A DNA stretch of 64,000 bases from Octopus vulgaris (taxonomy: Eukaryota), in the NCBI GenBank assembly GCA_951406725.2, contig OX597814.1:81468001-81532000 (forward strand), written 5' to 3'. Below are positions 26,401 to 36,900 of this stretch, in pieces (positions within the stretch are counted from its first letter, which is position 1; the number at the start of each line of letters is the position of its first letter). The position numbers were made by a program, and so were the translations under genes. Under the pieces are notes generated by a model that was not told the DNA's origin, ran no database searches, and saw only the letters and a program-made list of their open reading frames with translations.

Positions 26401-29400
26401 TTCACACAATACTTTGTACTTTAACACATATTAAAATTTCTACACAACCTCTGTCCATCAGCTTTCACTTACAAAGTTTTGGTCAACCCAAGAAAACACT
26501 TACCAAAAGTACTGAATCCAAAACTGCATGCTTGCAAAAAAAAATTAATTCTTGCCCATGGCTATGTTGGTACCAAATTCTAGCAAAAATATCTCAAATT
26601 TCACTCCTACAAGCTTCAGCTATAATTTGAAAAGGAATTAACAAGATTTCTTTATTAGGAATGTGATACAAGTGAATCCAAACAAGACCTGTATTTCAGT
26701 GATGTGATGTTACTAATGTTAAAAATTATTATTAGTCTCATTTGTCTCTTCTGTAATCAAAAGACAAAACAATTATAAAAAAAAGAAATTAATGAAATTT
26801 ACATCACCTTAAAAGATTCCATATCAGATAGTAGACAAGCACTCTGCATCCTAGCTCTTAGTTGGGACCCTTCAGCTGATGAACCCAGTCTGCAAGAAAT
26901 GAACACATGAAGCATTAACAGATTATAATCTTGTCTGTCAGTATGAACATGCTGAATGGTAATCACTTTTGACTTGGCAGAAGAACCAACTTTTTGTCAG
27001 AAAAATGGAAAACTAAACATTGAAACTGAGAAGATGAAATAAATAGTTGAATATAACATAATGCGAATTTAGAAGAAACAGAAGGCCAGACGAAGTAACT
27101 ACAGCACATATAGTTTATACATTTAAACTAGTTCTCTATTCTATGAATCAAAATTGTTTTAATAAAATCAGCTGTTTGCTCTATTCCTACTTTCTTAATT
27201 AGCTAATAAATATAAACACTGTTCTTCTATATTAAAGTAACCTCATAAGAATTTATGCAAGTATAACTATAGAGTATTATATCGAGTCATTATATGAGAG
27301 TAAATTTGAACTTATCGAATAAATGCTATATATTTCAATTAGAAAATTAGTTTATAAAAAGACCAGAAAATGTTAAGTATAGTAGAGTCGATAAGGGAGA
27401 CAACTTTTTTCGTCAACACAGAAAATTCCATCACTTTATATAACATAAATTGTTTTTAACTCGAAGCACAATGTCAAACTGTGGTGGAGAATATATATCG
27501 CATTATATCGACTCTAAGTGCTTGACTAGTACTTATTAACTGACCTCCAAATGAACAGCAAAGTCGATTTTGGTGGAGTTCAAATTAAGAGTGTAAATAA
27601 ACACAAGTAAATACCAATAAGATTTCCGTCTGATGTCCTACAGATCCTGATGATCCAATAACAAGAGGTAGTTATGATGTTTGTGCTTTCAAAAGGAGAT
27701 TACAATGTAATGTAAATGGAAGATCAAAACCAGACTTTTATCTATTTACCTGGAATTATGACTACAACCAGAATTAAGAAAACTTTGAACCAACAGAAAT
27801 TTTTCTTTGTAACTTAAGACCAGTTTGCTGCCATATACCGATATGTGGATGCAGAACATGGCATTAAACGAAATCCTGCTGTAAAAAGAAACCCCAATAC
27901 CAACTGTTTATATAAAAAAAAAACTCGTTCCTACCAACCTTGTATCCTGAAGGTCCACCCTGACACCTGACCACTATCAATTTTCTCACTTTCCAGCTGC
28001 ATCCAATTATTCCTAATCTCTCTTCTAAAATGTGAGTAAGCTGCATGGCTAATCACAGCAAAAAACGTGTTGTGTTCTGGAGCCTTTTCTTTTATACTTT
28101 ACTCATCTTTATGCCTCCACTTCTAACATAAAGTTGCCCCCCTCAGGGTTTGTAGTCTTGCAACTTCGCTAGTGCAAGTAGAACAGAAAAAGTATCCAGT
28201 GCATGCTGTAAAATGCTTAGCATAACTGAGCAAGAGGACAAAGGTTTGGGTCATCAGGTTTCTGGACATCCCTGTCTTGCTTTACAGTTGGGTGACTTAG
28301 ACACTGTCTGGAGCCTTTGGAACTGCCTGAACTCCTTTGGAACAAGGATACTTAGCAGGATTATGGACTGCCATTGGTTGGATTTCATATTCAACCAACA
28401 ACTATACTCAGAAACCAGGATGCATCATGCTACCTGTATGATGCATGACTGGTCATGATGCTTGGTTTTTCTGAGTTGGATTCTGCATACCATTTTCCCT
28501 TTTCTGAGGATCCAACTGATCTGACGGCTCGAGTTGGTCATCTACCTCATGGTCACGATGGATGAGGAGGTATCTAGCAAAGACGGGCACTGACTGGATC
28601 ACTGCTCAGAGTGTCACCCAGGATGACCTGAGCAGATCCCAACAAATGGTGGATGTAGCAATACACAGCAATGGTGCATGCCCCCTGACCTGACCTGAGA
28701 TGCCCTTCCAGTCACCAACTCTTGCTTGTTTCCAAGCAAGGTAATATTTTCCCATAGCTAGACATGTTTTTCTTAGAAGACAGAACATGAACAATCTCAC
28801 TTGTAATGACAATAATGCTCATTTACAATCATCATGTGATGCCTAGACAAAGGGAAATACATACATATATGACCAGCTTCTTTCAGTTTCTGTCCAAATC
28901 TACTCACAAAGCATTGGTTGGCCAGGGGTTAGAGAAAAAAATATTTGGCTAAGCTACCACACAGTGGGACTGAACCCAAGACCACACGATTGAGAAACAA
29001 GCTTCTCATACACACAGCCATGCTAACATGATAACAATAAACAACTAATATCAACAGTGAATAAAATGAATGCAAATTCTTTTTTCTTTGTGAAGGTTTC
29101 TTAAAAAAAAAAAAGAAGATACAACTTACCTGGCAAGAACTTCTGCATGTTCTTCAAGCATGTCTTCAGTCATGGGGGCAGGTTCTTGTGTCACAGGAAT
29201 ATACAGCTGTTCATTCATGTTTGAAAGCTTAGCATTGCCAAATACCCGCAAGCGACCCTCAGGTTCAGTTGAAACGTAAGACTCTCCACCTAGATCTTTG
29301 CCATCCCCCTTACTCTTGCCTCCTGCTACATCAGCGGGAAAACCGGACTCACTCTCATCTTCCATCTCTACGTCTTCAGTCTTAGAAGCTTCTTTTTGGT

Positions 29401-30953
29401 GTTCATCACAGTCAAAGAATTCTTCATCACTTCCTGAATAACTATCAATACTAGCTGAAGTCCGAGAGTCTGGTCGCATCAGATTATGTTTCATCAATGG
29501 TGAAAGCCGACTGTGCATTTCTGCTGCTAACATACTGTGACGTGGAGAATCCCAAGGACTATCTTCCCCACTGCTATGACGATTATGATGAGGTGATGAG
29601 TTTTGTGGACTCCCTGTTCGAGCATTCTCCAGTGACTGCATTTCTCGCTTCCTTCTTTTTTCAATACAGCAATTTAGCATCTACAAACATTCAATTCAGA
29701 AATGACAATAAGGAATTATGTTACATATAAAAGTTTACTGAACAATGTTGAGGCAAATAACAAGCTTGCTAATGTAAACCTTGTCATTTTAGCTTTTCAG
29801 TAGCTTAATACTGACAGGGATTATATACACCTCCTGTAGACTGCATTTCCTCATTAGTAGACACAAAATCTCCTTCAGTGAGGCAAAAATTGTATGTATC
29901 CAATGAATCAGTTTGCTGAAGCTTGCATCCACTGCATAACAACTTCCCGCAATTCAAAGCTGGCAATTTTTATCATTGAGGTTTACTCCTATAGATATGT
30001 TTGGTCCAGGACTGTTTATTTTTATATTCACAGCTAACCTTTATATCTGAAGGCCTTTCCCCTCTCCGCCACTAGGACACCTGGAGGATGATAGAGCAAG
30101 AAGTGTGGAAGGTAGACTGATGCTGCGCCCCAGGTTGGAACCTGACCATAATGATAAATAATAATTGCTAATGTAAGTTCTAAACCATAGCTGATTAGGA
30201 CAAAAAGATGCTGGACTATCGGAGTCCCAAGGTCTACGATTAACATTCCAGTAATCAGTGTTGCACAGGATGTGTTAAAGACAATCTAACTTTCACTGTC
30301 TTAGTTCAGTTAACCACATGATGTAAGAAGTGAGGCCTTGGAAGCTATGGGTCTCATGCTTTATACCCAAATGCAACATAAATGAAACAAAATAGGTACA
30401 ATGAACTACTTGGGATTTATCTTTTATACTTGTTTCAGTATGTTACAGGTATTTATTTTAGCAGCAGAAGAAAGGCAAAAGAAAGTTAACCTGATCAATA
30501 TCTGAACATTTAGCTTCTATTTCTAACAGGTTGAGCAACTACATACAGTTGATTAAATCAACCTCAGTACCTAACTAGTAATTATTCTACTGATCCCAGT
30601 AAGATGAAAGACAAAAGTAACCTCAGTGGGGTTTGAACTCTAAGTTAGAGAGTGGGGTGAAACTGAATACTGTTGAACATTTAGTTTGGTGTGTTATCAT
30701 TTGTTCTTATTATATTGTTTATAAATAATAAAAATAATAATAATGCTTTTATTTTTTTGGTTTATATAGAAAGACATCATTAAGATAACAAAAACAAGGA
30801 ATAAGAAAGAAAAAATGTTTAGGGGAGGAGGAATTCTCTTTACTCACCTGCAATTTCTGATGAAGAATACAGCTCCCCATGTTTGGAGGTCCACATTCAA
30901 TCCTGTTAACCGAATCAAAACAATAAATTTTGAAATAACAAAATAAAGCTTTG

Positions 30954-30986
<33 letters not shown>

Positions 30987-33900
30987 GGAGGGAGAGAACT
31001 CAGTGTCAGTGACCTAAACAGTTGATTTAACTCTTTAGCATTCAAACTACTGTTTTAAATGTAATGTTTATTTATTCACAATATTTTGAATTAATCATGC
31101 ATTATCTCATAGCTTTGAGATTTTGATTATGTGACGGTATAGTTCTAGAATGATATGGTAGGATAGGCATGAGAGGCCAGCTCTATCTGGTTTGAACATA
31201 AAACAGGCAAAATATTTGGGCTGAATATGTGACTAGGAACATGAAACAATTGGTATGAGTGTCATCAGCAAAATTTGTTTAAAATGGTTGAGTAGAAATG
31301 CAAAATTTACCCAGAGATTAAATAATTGTTATCAAGACGATAGCGAAGCTCCAACACAATTTCTTGCCATAGTTGTGCCACTGCTTTCCAACCACCATGA
31401 TTCCGGTTTATGAGGCACAAACATGTGGCCATTCGTGTAGTGAGGCTATCCAGGGGTGCAGACTTCAGCTGTTTAGCCATTTCCTAAAATAAAATCATTA
31501 AATCAATTCTCTGTAGGATGAAGTTATAAAGTTAAAATAGAAAAATTTCCCTCAAATCACACCCCAGCATCTTAAAACTTTAGCATTCAGATTACTCTGT
31601 CAAATGTAATGCATATTTATTCACATTATCATCATCTTCATTCAGAGTCTGTTTTCCATGCTAGCATGGGTTAGACAGTTTGACTGGAACTGGTAAGCCA
31701 GATAGCTGTACCAGACTCTAGTCTGGTTTGGCCCCTTTTCAACGCTAGCCACGCCAAGAGTGTAGTGAATGCGTTTATATATATCACTAGCACAGGTGCT
31801 TTTACGTGTCTTCTCAAGTACAGCAAAGCATGAAAGGTCTCAATCATTTGTCATCGCCTATATGAAACTCAACATACAAAGATCATGCTTCACCACTTCC
31901 ACACGTTTTCCTGGATTTACCTCTTCCACAGGTTCTCTCCATAGTTTGGCACTTCTTTATGCAGCTGTCCTCATCCATATACATCACATGACCATACCAG
32001 TGCAGTCTTCTCTCTTGCACACCATATCTGATGCCCAGTCAAGAAGACTATGCAAAAAACACACCAAAGTTTGCCAGTTAGCACTTTCTGTGTATCAAAT
32101 GACTAAGGACTATGAGTGGTGGTTTGATGCTGCAAGACCAGTTCGTGTATGCCAGTGTAGGGAAAAAAAACCCAGAAAATGGTAATGATCATCAAAACTA
32201 GAAAAATAACAGAGAATAATAATGAAACAAACCTGTTTCAACTCTACTCTTGAAAGAGGAACTTCAAAGTAATCTTCAGAAGGTTGGTTGATGGTATCAG
32301 GATCTTGGTCAGGACGGGCATCAGGAAAGAGAAACTAGAAGTTTCCAAAAAATCCAAAAATAAATCAGGCTATCGAAAACCAAATGAAAATTTGCTTTGA
32401 AGGAGTGGAAGATTAAAAAGTCCCATAATTAATTGGATGATTAAATGATCATTTGAAGAGTTTGACACCAGACAAAGTATCTGATTCATGATAAGTGAAC
32501 CTGGCAAAGCTCATCTCTTTACAAAAGATATTCATGTAAAAATGCAAGTGTTAATATATTGTAAAGGACTTCCTAAGGGATGATACTTAACTCTGGTTTC
32601 ATGGCTTCAAGCAAATGAGATAAAAATCTGCTCTCTTGGACAGTTTACAAATGTAACTCAACTAACATCTCTAGAAAATATAGTAGATTTTCACAAGAGC
32701 TACATAAACTGATGAATAAAGAATTAAATCTGTTTCAATATACAATAAAACAATATCTTTTACACATAGGTATTTAATTTCTGCAGCTAACACACACATA
32801 GACACTCATGGGATTTACAGTATTCCAAGTGAATGAAACGTTCATCAAATATACATATAGTGCTCCCACTGCTTACAGTAATGAGTTGTAAACAGGTACC
32901 ATAATATGCTCTTCTTGTAGACCAAATCATTTAAGAGTTAAAAGTATCATGTATAGATTCATTACAGAGCTAAAAATGGGCTATGACCCATGACCTACTC
33001 AGCTAGCAGCCTTCTAAAACTCTACAGGTAAGGACAGCAGTACTTCTGTAAAATTGAGAGCCGTGACAGTTTGAGTCATAGAGTTCAATTATTCAAAAAT
33101 ATGAAATTCAAGTCTAGAGTCTAATGTCACTTTACCTATAGACCCATAAAATTTTATTTGCCCATACAACAACACTTTTTCTCTCTTCCTCACTTTCAGA
33201 TGAAAGAAAAGACTTAAAATGTTAGAATTTATACTTCTCACTTCAACTATTAATTATTGATTGCCAACTCAGGCCATCACTCCAGTCTCCTTGGATTTCA
33301 GAGCTTCAAAACTATGTTCTCAGTCTAACAGATAAATCTGTATCATTCTTTTCTTTTATTCTTTACCAGTCTGTTCTTAGTTATTATACAACAGAATTGA
33401 TTATTTAATCTTTTATAGTCAGAGAAATCCATCAGTGGGTGGTCAGCCCTAGTGAGTTTTATAAGGCCCATGCAGTCTAATTTCTGTTCTAGACACACCC
33501 ACAGGAGATAAACTCAACACTTCATGCAAATGCACAATCACTACACACTGAAACTCAGTTCAGCCCTCTCAACAAGATGTGAACCACTGACCTCTGCACT
33601 CACAGTAACACTGTATATTTATATATCAAGCCAATGTGGAAGCATCTATGTTGTCACTTGACCTGTTAGAAATAGCAGTCAAACCTCTCTCAAATGATAT
33701 TTATCATTGTAAAAAGGAAAACTACATACCATAACCATTCTTGCCCATCATACTTTCATGTTACATATGTCAACTCAAATATTATCATTGGGAGTGATTT
33801 CAATGCACACACCAGGATACAAAAGCAATACAGATATTACAAAAGCAGGCAAAATCCTTACAGTTCAAAAACCCAACAAAATTCCAAATGAGGAATTATC

Positions 33901-36900
33901 ACCCAGACTGAACTCCCACTCAAGTACATTCTCAAAAACTTTACAAAGTGTTGAGTACATTATGCCTTTAAAAGGAAAGTTCACAGCTGGACTAAATTGA
34001 GGGTTAAATAAGAACAACAGCATACTTACAAATAAAATTTCATTAAAGAGAGGTTGTCCAATGGGACATTCTATGGTCTTTACTTTCACTTTGCTGGTGG
34101 CTTGGGACATTACAGAAGAAAGAGTTGGCACAGAAGGCTCCGTTAACCGATGTAGGGCTTGGCTAATGTCAGCTGAGGGATCTAATGACCATAAAAATAT
34201 GCAGAAACAATATTAATTATATTCCAATATATTCCAACAATTGTGTGTTTGGAGCTATGTGTGTGAGTGCATGTGAATATATATATTTAGCATATGCAAT
34301 TGGAGCAGTATTACATTAAAGTAGTCATCTATGTATCATAATGTGTATAAATCATTGAAAGGCAGGTTACTGCAGTATTCAGCCAAAGAGTTTTTATCTC
34401 TGGATGGATATTGCAGCAACAGTCAACAATGTATATACATTAAGTATGATACCTAGATGGCTACTTTAATATATTAAATCTTAATTTTAGATTCTATTGA
34501 CACAGAAAAATAAATATCAAAGTAACTGTGTATAAAGTAAAAATTTTCTTTATTTCTACCAGTAATACACATCTACATACCATAACAATTCTCACCCATT
34601 ATGTTACATACATCAACTAGCATATTTAAACACTCTCTCAAATAACGTTTTCAAATTTTGGCACAAGGTCAACAATCGGGGGGGGGGGGGGGTAAGTTGA
34701 TTACATCAACCCCAGTGCTCAACTGGTACTTATTGACCCCAAAAGGGTGAAAAGCTAAGTTGACTTCAGCAGAATTTGAACTCAGAACATAAGGACAGAC
34801 GAAATGCTGCTAAGCATTTTGCCTGGCATGCTAACAATTCTGCCAGCTCAACACCCTGAAAAAATAGTGAGAAGCCACTCAACCCAACCCTCTAAAGTAG
34901 CCCTAACACTCTCTCTCTCTAATATTATCATTGGGAGTGATTTCAATGCAAACATCTTGGTACAAAAGTAAGCAAAATCAGTACAGTTCAAAAGCCCAAC
35001 ATAAACCCAAATGAAGACTTTTCACCAGATTGATTTGTTATTCTCTGTTATTTGACAAACATTACTACTCATTTTCAAGAACATTACTATTCCATTAAAA
35101 TAAAAATCAATTGTTTGAAAAAGCTTATTTATACTACCATATTTGATGACAGTATATTTGATGACAGTATAAGCTATGTGAAGGCCATTTAACACAGGAG
35201 ATTTCTTAATTCGTAAAAATTTTAAAAAGTTGTCTGTACTGCATTCTGGTATGTTCAGTTTCTTTTTGTTCTGCGACTACATGGCATATGTTCTTTAGTT
35301 ATTGCTGCATATAGTAAGTGAATGGTGAACTTAGGATTTTGTATGCTATTTCTTTTTGTTGTAGCTACTATACAATATGGCAAGAGCACTGTTGAAGTTG
35401 GCAACTTCAACAGAAAGATAAAATAGTACTTCAGATTTTTTGTTGTTGTTTAGATTCCAAATAGTCTCAAAAAAATTACCTGTGGTCCTATATGTAAAGT
35501 CAGGCTGTAATGCTTTAATGCACAAAGAAAAGAAAATATTTTTCCTGTATAGACGCAGGAGTAGCTGTGTGGTAAATAGCTTGCTTACCAACCACATGGT
35601 TCCGTGTTCAGTCCCACCGTGTGGCACCTTGGGCAAGTATCTTCTACTATAGCCTCGGGCCGACCAAAGCCTTGTGAGTGAATTTGGTAGACGGAAACTG
35701 AAAGAAGCCTGTCGTATATATGCATATGTGTTTGTGTTTGTCCCTCCAACAGCACTTGACAACTGATGCTGGTGTGTTTATGTCCCCGTAACTTAGTGGT
35801 TCAGCACAAGAGACTGATAGAATAAATACTAGACTTACAAAGAATAAGTCCTGGGGTCGATTTGCTTGACTAAAGGCGATGCTCCAGCATGGCCACAGTC
35901 AAATGACTGAAACAAGTAAAGAGTAATATGCACTGCTGAAATTGTGGAGTGCATCTAATATGTCCGTGCTTCTTTTATGCAATCAAATATGGTAACTTAA
36001 TTTCATTTAAAGATTAAACTAAATTTATGCATTCAACAATGAAAAGTACAACAAAACAACCACCAACAATTCAAATACATCTATAACATGTGAAAAAAAA
36101 ATCAAAGTATCAGAAAACTTTAACTACCAAGAGGATCATCATCTGGTGTAAATACTTCTTTCATAGCACTTTTGTTGTGACACAAAAAGATGAAATCTTC
36201 TAGGTAATCATCTGAACAAATATAAAAAAGAAAGAAAAGAAAATTGTGAATTTAGATCAAACACAATAATTACAGTTTACATTGCTAAAACAATTCCAGG
36301 CAATTCTTTCTACACTTAAATAGATTTTACTTTGTAAATTTGTTTAATTTTGTTTCTCAATAGTTGTAGTAGCAGTAGGGAAGATATTTCTATATGAAGA
36401 TAGTGATAACTTTTTGTTACACACATAGTCACACCTATATATATATATATCTATATATATAAAACTGTAGTTGTGTGAGTGTCTGTCTCCTACGATTTAG
36501 ATTCCTAACTACTCCCACATTTTGCGGTGCAGTTTAACCAAATTCGGGTATCTTATAGTCGTGATTAATATCGAGCCCGTCTGGGTATTAGCGCGCGTCT
36601 ACGATTTTAAAAATAATTTAACATCATTTTTTATTCCATTTTAATGCATAATTTTTCGTGTGTCGATGGCGGCGGAGTTGGCGTCCACGCTCACATCTGC
36701 ACCTGTTTGCTTCTCCCCCTTCTTCCCTCCCTCGTGAAGCTGTGGGGAAGGGAGTGTAAGGAAATCAACGTCGTAAAGCGTTGTCAAGGAGACCAGCGTT
36801 CTTTTAGAACAACGACTTCATGGCTTGAAGACACCAAAACAGAAATGGCTAAGAAAGCCCGAATTGGCATCTATAAGGGAAGTAACTCTCTAAAAATGCT

